A stretch of DNA of 64,000 nt from Sarea resinae (lineage: Eukaryota): the NCBI GenBank assembly GCA_026026165.1, contig JAPEUD010000006.1:372001-436000 (forward strand), read 5' to 3'. Below the pieces are notes generated by a model. It ran no database searches, had not been told where the DNA came from, and worked only from the letters and a program-made list of their open reading frames with translations. The position numbers and the translations under genes are program-made. Every line of letters starts with the position of its first letter. The stretch's first letter is position 1. This document shows positions 13,901-26,700 of the stretch, piece after piece.

Positions 13901-16281
13901 CGACGGTGTTCCAGCATATTCATCGCTTGATCCGTTGTCTGATAGACTGCCAACTCTACTTGAAAGATGCAGTTTCGTCGCGCAACGCGCTTGAGCTTGC
14001 ACGAAGCTTCAGCGCCAGAGCATGGGACGACTCTCCCTTGCAGCTAAAACAAGTTGAGCAGATTGGACCTGTAGCCGTCAGAAAGTTTGCCTCAGCTGGC
14101 ATTAACAGCATCGAAGCACTGGAAGCCACGGAGCCTCATCGTATCGAGATGATCATGAGTCGGAATCCCCCTTGGGGAAACAGGATCTTAAACCATCTAA
14201 AGCAATTTCCAAAGCCAAGAGTATCTATGAAGATGATGGGTCAGGTAAGGGGCGTGGAGAAACATCTTTAATCTATAATTGACTTCCTCCAGCAAGTGAA
14301 AAATGGACAAGGAGTGCAAATACGGATAAAAGCAGATATTGGCTTTCTCAATGAAAAAGTCCCTGCTATGCTGAACCGAAAGCCTATATACATGTGCTTC
14401 CTTGCGGAATCTTCAGACGGATACCTGTTTGACTTCAGAAGGATGAGGTAATTGCTCAAGGTTCAATTGAGATGTGAGCTAACTTGTTGATAGTGCACAA
14501 AAGCTTGGTGATGGCCAGGAGTTTGTCTTCCCAGCAGCTCTTACGAATGCTGACCAGTATATTACCGGATACGTAATGTGTGATGAGATAGGTTTGCTCA
14601 TCTGTGTGTTTCGATTTTGGTACAAGGCTAAATTTATATAGCTGGAACGTTAAGATACGCTGTTTTGAAACCGGATGTGTCACCTACGCTTTTCCCAGCA
14701 CCAGCACTCCAGCTCAAAGGTCTCAACCATAATCGAAAAGGAGTGGAGAATGCTAGTGCAAATATATCGAGAAGGAGGAGCCTTGACAGTACACATTCAG
14801 CCCGCAGGGTTCACGGAACAGACATCGATGAATTTGGAGATAGCGATCTTGATGATGGGGATATGCTGGCTGCTGGTGAGCTTGACCTCAGGCACGAACA
14901 AGTGGACAAATATATGCTTACTATCTACACAAGCAAATGATTCCGAATTTATCCATATCGAAGACTTTGACGACGTTCGACCTCTGACTCGCAAAAACAC
15001 GTTAAACAATTCGAGACTGAGTGTCCTGGTATCCAATACAGAGAAGAACCCAACGAGTGAAGAGGCTTGGCACCCAGAGCAAATGGAGAACGGAAAATGG
15101 GCATGTAACCATAAATGCAAAGACAAGACGGCGTAAGATTGAGAACGACCGCTGTAGTGGCATATCACTGACAGAAGCATAGCTGTAAGCATCTTTGCTG
15201 TCGAGAGGGCATGGCCAAGCCTCCCAAGCCACGGAAAAGTTCTAGCACAACAACGGGACAGATTGGATCCTCCAGTCAGCCACATGCCAGATCAACGATC
15301 GAGGATGCAAATCTGCAGCCGAAGTCAAGACGGTCTACGGCAACCACTGATTATTTTTCGAGCACAATTCGGCCAGAACCAGAAATACTGGATCTGTCAA
15401 GTCGAAGTCGAAAAGAACCATCCGTAATGCGTGAGCCAAGGGCTCGCGGTAAACTCGAGCGTCTGCACCTGAGCACGCAAAAGTCCAAGAATTTCGCGAC
15501 TGGCACCTTGAGGAATCTGGAACCGACATTCTCTTACGAAAAAGGCAGTCAGCCCAGTCTATCTTTTTTGGGAAATGCAGAAGATGCGGACGACCTTGAT
15601 CAGGGGCTCAGCGATTATGATGACAGCTGGATAGACGAACTTCCATCGCCGTCGCTAATTATTGCAAGGCCGCCTGATGGCACAGTCCCTTCGTTTCACT
15701 TAGATGACACAGCCAAAGAGTCCTCTAGATATGATGAGAATCTTACTGACCTCGAAGAGAGTATGGTCGGTCTGCACGACTCTGTAATATTGGAGTCGAA
15801 CAGGGATTGTGAGCAAACCAAAAATGATGACCCTACTGCAGATGACCACCCCAATTATTGGGCAGACTGGTCAGACTCATCTGGACAAGACGAAAGCCTT
15901 ATTGGGTTGCCTCATTTATCGCCCAGGAGCGATGCCTGCTTACCTGAGAAGTCGAAAGGGCAATCGCTATTTTTTTCGACCGATAGCCCCGAGAAGGTTG
16001 ATGGTTCAGGCATCGCTCCATCTCCAAAAAGCGCGAAAAGGACCAGAGACTCTTCCGAGATGGTGTCACCGTTCCCTCAAAGATCACCGCCACGAAGCAA
16101 AAAATCAAGAGTTAACCATGGCATTGCTGATTCATCCCTTTGCGTGTCAGATCACAAGGAGCCGGCCACGGGATATGGGGCACTCCCTACCAAGACCGTG
16201 GATGAATCGGTTCCTCCAGGATGGGAGAAGATCGATCCTGAGCTCCTGGCTGGATTGAGGGGCCTTGTGGACTTCATATAG
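10937..16281 (+). CDS. MER3: Meiotic Ski2-like DExH helicase Mer3/HFM1 with Sec63 domain (multi-exon)
   Basis: Motifs APTGSGKT, TTPEKWDSITRKW, DEIH, LSATVPN, GVAFHHAGL, STSTLAIGVNLP and QMLGRAGR; Sec63-like region; C-terminal Zn motif WACNHKCKDK...CKHLCC. N-terminal exon assignment is approximate. Confidence 0.92.
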
Positions 16282-17081
16282 GAAGGGTTTGTGCGTATTT
16301 ATGGCTGGCTAAGCTTCATTCTGCTTGCTCTACTTGGCCTATGTAGGAGGGCTTGAATCTACTCGCTGGCGCTAGGCTGTTGAGTGATGACATGGGGTGC
16401 CATACTTCTCTTCCTTTGCAATGTCTCATAGAGTAGCAGCTTGCTTTGCATTTTCCTTTCAACAAGCACGGGAGCTCTCAAATATTGCGCTCACATGCCT
16501 GGGATAGCTTACCTATGATATGATCAAACCGAATAATAAGACACACTACCTCACCTTAGCCTTTCCGAACTTTTTGTATGTATCGGCCTCACTAAGGTAG
16601 CTCATGCGTCGCACAGCAGCTTATGTTTCGACAGAACATCCGCTCCGAGATTTCTTCCGACGTCTAGAATGAGAATCAGGTTCATATGACCGGCCAGAGG
16701 TCTTACCGTGCAAAGGGCAGCCGCATGTAAGAGCAGCAATCTAAGACAACCCAAATTCGCACAGAGCTCAAATATTCGGAGCAGCATATGCCCGACCTGC
16801 AGTGCTTCTGTCACCTTCCGTAATCCCAGCTGCTCTACACCAAACAAGCAATCCTTACCTCATCCGTTGGAATCTTCACGAATCCAGTGAAGAAAGTCGC
16901 CGGAGTCACTAGCCAGCGGCATTATCCTGATACTTGAATGACAATCAACTCCATAAAACTATCGGATACGTTACCCTGTGCTTCCAACCATAAACAAACG
17001 TCGACCAGCTCATGCCAGAGCTGTGCGAGTCAATCTTCAAAGAGTTTAACCTCATCAGCTGCTCGAAGCAACTCATCAAGG

Positions 17082-19130
17082 ATGGGGCGCCTGAATTACA
17101 CTAATGTAAGTTTCCAAAACTCCGAATCACATTTTGAGCTCAGTGGCACTCACGGCCCTTTTCAGAGAAAGGTCGAAGGCCTCAAGCTCGGCAAGATCAT
17201 CTCGAAAGATTTGGTAAGACGAGAAACGCTGGCCTGAATGGTGTCTAGTCTACTCACTCCCAAGCAGATCAAGAGGATACCGCCCGGATCCACTTATCAT
17301 GCAGCCGTACGACATCCATACCTTGAACTAAATGCTGATGGGAGGAAGCTCACCGACGAAGGTGTCAACGAGCTCGCCGCTGGTCTTCAGCAGGCCCTGA
17401 CATTTCCAGAGTCCCAGAAATTCGTCATCTTGGAAGAACTCCATCTAGCGGAAAATAGCATGACCGTGTTCGCTCTAGATGGCCTTGCAGATGTCGTCCG
17501 GCTTGCCGCTTTGGACCTGAAAGATTTGGACCTCTCGGGCAATGATATCAAAATCGAGACCAACAAAGAAGCTGAGATCTGGGAAACTTTCCTGCGTTCT
17601 TTCCGAGACTCTCGTGTCTTGCGTCGTTTGGATCTCGGAAACAATCCCTTGGGTCCGAGGGCATTTGAGATTCTTGCCCGGGTGTACGCAAAAGAAGAAT
17701 CCGTGGCTGTATCAGTGTTTGAGGACTTGCGACTTGAGGTGGAGACGGCAAAATTAGAGACAAATTCTATAGTGTCGTCGCAGCCAAAGGAAAGTCCAGT
17801 TGTCATTGGAAAGAGGAGGAAATCCAGTGTCAGTGAAGCAATCCAAGCTATGACTTTTATTACTATGCCATCAGCACACCCCGAACAAAGTGAAGGACGA
17901 GGTAAGCTGAAATTGCGCCAGTAATGAGTTGCCATCACGAATGCTCACTTTGCTGTAGTTCGATCGGCAACAAACGAATCTATTGCTTCTGGTCATATGA
18001 AGCCACTGCCTGATAACGTTTTCTACTCGGGAACTCGCGGTCTTCGCTCGGTGCCTTACATTATCTTTTCGCAGACATCTATGATTGATGAAAGCGCGCT
18101 TCACCTATCGTATGTCCTAGCAAGTCACTATCTGCCAGCTCATCTTTTGCGCCGTGTGCCGCTCCCCAAGACCGGACCCGAGACCCAACTCCTTGAGGCT
18201 TACGACAACTCCTCTGAATGCAGAGGGGTCGTCTACCTGCCAAACGACAACATCACCAACGCAGGAATAAGATTGCTTGAGGTGGCAGAAGCAGCTCGCG
18301 ACCAACTTATAGCAGATGCAAAAGTGAGCCTTCTTCAAGAAGATATTCCCCAGGGGAGTGATTACTGGGCATCCCAGCGAGACCCTGATGTTAGTAATGT
18401 ATCTGAGAGTGTAAGGTTGCGTGGACATCGGCGCGGGACGATTTCTACCACAATGTTCGAGCCTGGCGCTCTCGGGTCGGAGGACGACACGATTAGTGGA
18501 GAACTGGATCGAGCGAGAAGCAAGATACAAGGCAATACGCTGCGAGAATCAGGAGTGCAGAGTGTTCAGCTTTGGAGAGCAACCTTAAAAATGCTAGCAT
18601 ATGGGCGAACATTAATGCCAACGTATACCCAGAACGAGGTCCGAAACGGCGACATAATTGAAAAAAAGTCCGAAGTGCCGGCTCCTCCCACCTACGCATC
18701 CAAGCTCACGACAACAGCTTCGGCCTCGGGCGAACCAGTCTTTGCTATAACGGGAGTTGCTCCCCATCCAACAATACCGATGTACACCCATCAACGTACT
18801 AGAAAGAGTTTCAGGGCTTCTCGGAACCAGAGATCTTCATCCGTCGGTGGCAGGCTAGAGGAAAGTCATTTAAACGGCACAATCGAAGGGGATTTTGATG
18901 GCACCGATCTTCCATTCCGAGTTCCGTTGGCTATATGGCAGCGTATCATCGCAGAAGCTGCAGGTGCCGATACGATCCTCGGTGACGAGCAGCAAGAAGG
19001 CGTAATAAAGTGGGCTAGAGATAGGAAGACTCTGAAGAAGGAGCAGGAGGCCTTGGGACAACCGGAAAGCGTGCAGATATGGCGGGTCTTGAAGAGCTTG
19101 GGCTGCCTGGCGTATGAGATCCGGTCTTGA
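17082..19130 (+). CDS. RNI-like leucine-rich repeat protein (fungal hypothetical)
   Basis: Short exons MGRLNYTN / RKVEGLKLGKIISKDL, then LRR motifs LEELHLAENSM, LKDLDLSGNDI and LRRLDLGNNPL. The last exon ends at TGA 19130. Confidence 0.8.
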
Positions 19131-19606
19131 AAAGATGGGACTCTACGGCATTAACATCTTCGGGATGGATCAGAGTGATCAGATATTAGCGTAGCATAGC
19201 TCAGACATGGAATGAAGCATCCAAGGAGGGTCAACACTTCAGATCTGGAGAGCATGATTCGGTATTGCCATGAACGATTCTCGCATGCCATTTTGATTAC
19301 AGCGATAGACTCAAGCTCCAAAGGTCCACGTACTGTCAATTCATGCCACACTCACCCTTTTCACGGCATATGACATCAGGCAAGATGAATGTTCCATATA
19401 TCCCAGTCTGTCGCGGTGGTTCAAGCATTTCTTTTCCGTTACCCGGTGGAATATGGCCAGAGCGCGAGCTAAGGGCGGGACGTCATAACTTACCGGAGTA
19501 CTAGGCTGCTGTCTTGACTTTCCTTATCTATCTCCTGCGTCCTTCTGTCATTTAAAGTTGAGACGCCTCTCGACCTTCTGTTTCTTTTTCTTTTTCGTCA
19601 TACTGA

Positions 19607-20447
<841 letters not shown>

Positions 20448-20892
20448 CAGAACAGGCGCAATCTATTCTTACGCTGGATTTGCCTGTAAGATGAGCATGT
20501 GCTCGTTCGTGGTTTCGGGGCGTTTTTATTGGGGCGTGTCCGGGCAAGGCGATGGGGCAACATTGCAGTGAGCGAGGCGTTGAAGACTGGTTTAACACCA
20601 TAGATGATACCAAAGAGCGGTCTCGGAGTAGAATACAAGCTTCACAAATCGATTGAACTAGGACGTTGCGAAAATAGGTATTGTTTACGGCATTGCCGTT
20701 AAAGTGAAAGACCGCAAAAGTGAAAGTCCACTACCTACCCATCTCGGCAAGTATAAACAATCGCCAACCTCACCATCAATCATCATCGTCTGTACTCCGT
20801 CCATCCCTCAACACTGGATCACCCGACGCAGGGTCCGCCACCATCTTCGGCCCCATTGCACGTCTGCAACTTTCCATATCGAGCAAAACGTA

Positions 20893-21731
20893 ATGTCCAG
20901 CAGCACAACCAAACGCGCCTCCACACGCCCCACGGAGCCAAAACCACCCAGCACCATCCACCCCAGCGCGCTTATCTCCGACACCGCGGCCCTCGTAGGC
21001 AGATGCCCCGTGTCAATAGCGCGAAATGCAGTCATTCATCCCCGCGCGCGATTGAGCAGCCTACATGGCTCTGTGGCCGTCGGCGAGGAGTGTATGGTAG
21101 AGGAGAAAGCCGTTGTCGGGATGGCTGAAGCTGGCGAGAATGATGATCATGAGGAAGAGTGTGATAGCGGAGAGGCAGGCGCCGAGGAAGAGGAAGCCGG
21201 GAAGACTAGAAGGAGACTGGGACAGCGACAGGAGGGCGTGATATTAGAAAGAGGCGTGGTGGTTGAGTCCGGGGCTGTCGTTGAGGCGAGCGTCGTGGGT
21301 GCGGGCACGGTCATTGAAGTCCGAGCGAGGATCGGAAGGGGTTGTGTCATTGGGAAGGTTTGTTCGCCCCTCTTGTTTTTATCACCATCTTCTTACGCCC
21401 CCATTCCCCTCCTCGTGTACGCGCTTCCCTTCTCTCCTCCCTTCCCTCGCCGTCCACATACTGCTTCTATAACTCCCTTCAAGCCCAGGGGAAACCAGCT
21501 CAAATTCACCATGACTAACCCCTTACCTTCCCATAGCATTGCAAGATAGCCCCCACGCTCTCGATCCCACCTTATACCTCGCTGCCCGACCACACAGTCG
21601 TCTACGGGCCACTACCGACACAGCGACGAACAGACCGGTCCGGGACCTCGGAGCTACGAGCCCGGATGAACGGACGCCACGTCGAGGTCCTCCGCGTGCT
21701 GATGGCCGACAAGCTTGTGCGGGCGGTTTGA
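20893..21731 (+). CDS. DCTN6: Dynactin subunit 6 (p27)-like left-handed beta-helix protein
   Basis: Hexapeptide repeats (IHPSALIS, VSIARNAVIHPRARL, VGAGTVIEVRARIGRGCVIGK). Intron 21358-21536, then exon HCKIAPTLSIPPYTSLPDHTVVYG...RAV* ending at 21731. Confidence 0.75.
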
Positions 21732-22913
21732 GAAGGGCATTCTTCAACGCTTAAGATAAAGTCAGGGGCGAGGCATTGGAAAGTAGGGGGGGGGAGCTGG
21801 CTGTGGGTGTTGCAGACTCCACGATCCGACAAAGGGGACAAAGATACGATTAAAGGGAAAAGGAAAGACCAACTGGCGAATAGATGGGAAGCTGAGCGGA
21901 GCCGCTACACTACGACAGTCTTAGCACGGTAGACCTTCCCTCCCTGCTCCCTCCCCTTCCTCTCATTCCCCTCCCTCTCCTTATCACCAACTTTCCGCGT
22001 CGATAAAATCTACAGCGCACCCGTTTCCTTGGACCGACCCAACTCGGTCCACGGATGGTGGGCTCTGGCATTCATCAATCAGGATCAGCCAGCCAGCCAG
22101 ACAGGCAGACAAACAGACAACAGACGCAGTCCAAGTGCCACAAGCAAGTGGGTGAAGTAACTGGAGGCAGCCTGCGGTGGACGGAGTAGACGGGTGGACG
22201 ACGAGGCAGACGGTTGCTTCAGGGCGTACAAGTCAACTTCCCAAGAGTAACGAAAAGTAAACTAAAAGGCTCTGGAAATCATCCGCAGACAAGGGAGAAT
22301 GAATCCCGTACGTGTTGCCCCTTACCAGGCAGTCCTTATCAGTTTCTTTTTTTTCCAATCTCACTCACACTCCACACTTACATATATATATGTGTGTGTA
22401 TACATATATGGATGGTAAGGACGGCAAGGATATCCAGCAGCAGCACCACCAGCACCACTCGCACCAATAGCACCAATAGCGGTGGCAGCACTCATCGAGC
22501 CATACATCCTCCTGCCATTCCCACGCCATGCCATCCAGCTCCTTACCTACCTACCTACCTACCTACCTACCTTACTCAATACCCTTCAAACTAGTCAGCC
22601 AACCAACCAGGAAGCCAGCCAGCCAGTTAGCCAGCCAGCTAGCAAGTTAATTGGGATTCCCGTCTCTGTATCCCTCTGCCTCTCCCATCTCTCCTATTTC
22701 TCCTGCCTCTCCCATCCCTCCGGTGTCCCATCTCTCTTTTTCTCCATATCTCTTCTATCTCTATCTCTTCCATCCACTCCTGTTTCTTCCATCCACTCCA
22801 GCCCACTCCACTCCACTCCAGCCAAGAAAGATAAAGATAGTTTAGACAAGATATCAATACCCAGCGCCCTAACAAGCGGAAACAAGTAGACAATGATGAT
22901 GAAGAGAAGAAGA

Positions 22914-22967
22914 GAAGAAGAAGAAGAAGAAGAAGAAGAAGAAGAAGAAGAAGAAGAAGAAGAAGAA
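22914..22967. repeat. (GAA)18 microsatellite
   Basis: Perfect trinucleotide run read directly. Confidence 0.95.
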
Positions 22968-23015
22968 AAGAGGAAATCAAGGGGGGTGGGAAGAGGAGTC
23001 GAGGTTTTAGAGCAG

Positions 23016-23083
23016 AACAGAAACAGAAACAGAAACAGAAACAGAAACAGAAACAGAAACAGAAACAGAAACAGAAACAGAAA
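23016..23083. repeat. (AACAGA)~11 microsatellite
   Basis: Perfect hexanucleotide run read directly. Confidence 0.95.
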
Positions 23084-23765
23084 TGAAATGAAATGGAATA
23101 TTTTTGGGGTATGTATTCTCAACCGACAACGACGATAACAATGGTGATGGTGATGATGATGATGACGACGAAGAAGAAGCAGAGCTACATAGACATGAAT
23201 GAAGCTGGCTGGACTTTCTCAGACGTTTCAAGTAGTCAGTCAGGGTGAAGTGGTATAGTATACATAGCACAATAGAGCATGGCATATAACATGGCGTAGC
23301 ATGGCATACCATACACAGCAAGAGCACACATTTCATTTATGATCCTACCCTTAAGCCAAGCCAAGCCCCTCGACGACTATCATTCTTTTAGGGGCCCGGG
23401 GAGGCAGAGGGACAAGACGAAGATGACGATGACGACGCATAGAGCACATGCATATACAAGCGACCGTTTTTTCCGAGTAAGAAAAATGGTAAATTGAAGT
23501 AGTAGGTAAACAAGGGCACAGATCAAGTTCCACTTAATTTAACGCCAGCCACCCCCCGTCTTACCACTGGTGGTACATGAGGGGAAAAAAAAGGTGGGAA
23601 AAAGGCTAGACCAAGGAAAAGGGAGCCCATTTTGGATATGAAGAACAAAGGGAAAAAAGAAAGATAGCAGGTAAGCCCCCATCCATCCATCCATCCATCC
23701 ATCCATCCATCCAACCCGGCCCCACACACACACTCAATGTTCAAAGCTCTTAGATACAGTATCCA

Positions 23766-26700
23766 TCAGTTCCCGGCCCCGCCACCTCGGGCTCTCTTCC
23801 CCGCACTAGCTCCGTCGACGGCATCGGACCCATCCTCTCGAGGACGCTTGCTTCCCTGGCCCGGAACAAATTGTCTCGCGCCTGCATTCAGACTCCCACG
23901 TGGACTGGACTGTTGCGGGCTCTGATTGGGATGCATGCCACTAGTCTGAATGCCCTGTTGTCCCCCTCGTCCAGGTTGGCCACCGCCTCGCCCACCTCGT
24001 CCGCCCCTGGGAAGACCAGACTGGTGACCTCCACGCTGTCCTTGGGGTAGCTGAGATGGTTGCTGCTGAGCTTGGTTCTGGTTCTGGCCCTGAGGACCTC
24101 CTCCTCGACCACCACGGCCTCTACCTGCTGGAGCGCCCACGCGCGGGATGCCCGACTGCTGTTGCATTAAACCGCGTAAAGCTGTTGGCCCAGTCCCCGC
24201 ATTATGACCTTGTGGCGGTTTGGCGGGGAGGCCTGAGCTGGTTTGTGGCTGCTGAGCCTGCTGCATTTGTGGTTGCGGCTGCGCTGGAGAATTAGGCAAC
24301 GCTTGGGGTAGCTGCGTCTGAGCGGGTGAAGCGCTCGGTGGGACATCTTGTTTCTGCTGTGGCTGAGCGGAGGCTTGTCCGGGAGTCAAAGGGCGAGGTG
24401 CCTGCGCTTGGGTCCCTTGCATGGGTGCAGCCGCCTGTTGCGGAGATGGGAAATGCTGCTGGGGCCCTGGAGTCGGTTGGCCAAACACCCCTCGTTGGAC
24501 CGCTGGAGCTGCACTCGGTTTACCGAATGAAGGCGCACCATTGGCGGATCCTTGATGCGCGGCGTTCGCGGCTTGATTCGGAGCAACAACGGCTGGAGGA
24601 GGTCTCGCGTCCTTTGCAATAGCCCAGACTTCCACAACGGCTCTCTGAGGTGTCTCGATTGCGGCCTTTTCAACTATCTCAACCTTAAACAGCGCGTTTC
24701 GGGCTTTCGTCTCCGCCATGCTTATTTTCACAGAGGATCGTTTCCCTTCCATGGCTACCGCCTGAGCCCTCATGGTTTCCGCTTTATTCCGAGCTTCCTC
24801 GAGCTTCTTCTCGCTTAATATCTCCTGCTCTTCCTTGCTCTTTGCAAGTTCCTGCTCCATTGCCGCTTTTTGTTCCTCTCTGGCCTTCGCGATCAGGGAT
24901 TCTTTCTCCTGCTGGAGCTTGGCTTGTAAGTTTCTGACAACCATCTGCTTTACGGTAGGATTATTCGCAACCAGGTCTTTGACCTCGCTCTCGGAAGGAG
25001 ACCACACTTTTGGAGCCTTATCGGCCTGGTCTGCCTTCATGTCCGCGGCCGGAGCTTCTGAGCCATCTTGACTCTTCACTTTTTGGTCTTGCTGACTCTG
25101 CTTGAGCTGCTCAAATCTTGATTCTTCCTCTTGCTTTAGCCTCTCCAGATCTTCAGTGTGCTGTACTCTCAGCCTCTCAAGTTCTTCAGTATGCTGTGTT
25201 CTCAACCGCTCTATCTCTTCTTGATGTTCGGCTGTCATTTTCGCGATTGTATCCCCATGCTCGGTTGTCAGCGTTTCACGGATTTGGTCCTTTCCTTCCG
25301 TAAGCTTTTTAGATAGCTGGGTTTTCATGCGATCGGCACGTTGCTTGAATTGCTCCTCTGCTCGATGGACCCGCGCATCATAGTCCGCTTTGAGCTCTGC
25401 CTTCATTGTTTCTACTTGTTCAGCGATCTGCTCTGCGACAGGTTTTGATCCGTTCTCAGTTTGCGCATCAGCGATAGAGGCACTGATAGATGCGTTGGCT
25501 TTCAGTGTTTCGACCTCCTGTTGCGCATTTACAAGATCCTCTTGGAGTTTTTCAAGCTGATCAGATGGTATCGCTTCTTCAGAAGCTTGAGCCTGTTTCT
25601 GTGCTTGGGAGTTGAGATGGCTGATCTGAAGATTTGCATCTTCTAGATTCTGCTCAAGCTCGCTCTAAGTCCAGATTAGTACCTCTTGGCGCGCTTCTCA
25701 TGATAAGACACTTACGATTCGTTGCTCGAGCTCATCGACGCGTGCCTGCAAGGACGCCGCTTGGCCTCTCATTTCCTCTGCGCGAGCAGACTCCTCATTA
25801 GCTTTGTGTTCCGCTGCTTCAACTCTTCCTTCCAACTCTTTCCGCTCCTCCGGAAGGCCAGCTACAGCTTCATCGATCTGGCCCTCTTCGGCAACATCCT
25901 CCACAGATGCATGCCTTGGTTGTTGTGAAGAGGGGACCGCGTGAGAGGTGGCTTCATCTCTGGCTGCTTTCGTCGCTTCGAGTTCCGTCCTCAACTCAAC
26001 GATGTCCTTTTCCAACTGCTCTTTCGCAGCCAGAGCCGCATCACATTCGGCAGCCTTCGCATTTAGTTGGCCTGTTTGCTCCCTAGCCTTCGCCTTCGCT
26101 TGTCGGATAAAGCTTTCCTTCTGTGCGCTCCATCGATTGGCCGCATTAGTCGCCTCTTCCTGAACCTGCTGAATTTTCTCCTGGATGCTATTGACTTCTT
26201 CTTGCAATGGCTGCCTAGAGGCAAGGAGTTCATCACGTTCGGTCTGTAGGCTCGTGATCTTCTCTTTCAGAGCCTCTAATTCTGCGGGATCGACGCGATC
26301 ATACTTTTGTAGGATATTCTGCGTCCGCTGTTGCCAGTGATCACGGTCTTCTTGAAGTAGCTTGAATTCTCCGACCTGAGTCTCCTTTTCATTCTCAAGT
26401 TCTCGCACCTTCGTCCGCAATGGCTCAATCTGCTGGAAAAGTTCAGCAGCTTGTTTCGACTTTTCTGCCAGCTGTGCTTGAGCCACCCGGGCCTCATTGC
26501 GCAGCGTGATGCTACTCTCACGGAAGAGGTTGAGCTCATTGATGGTATCCATCAACTTGCTGTGGCTCATCGAATTGGTTTCCTGGTCCATTTGTGCCCG
26601 GCGCTCTTGGTCGAGTTTCAGACGGGTTTCGTCAAGTTGAGACCGCGTATGGTCGAGTTGCTGGCGTAGTCGCTTGCTCTCTTGGACAGACAGCTCATAC

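Noticed and set aside
22214..23744. Several ORFs with poly-E, poly-L, NRNR, SVSV and MDGW repeats
   Set aside because: Translations of microsatellites.
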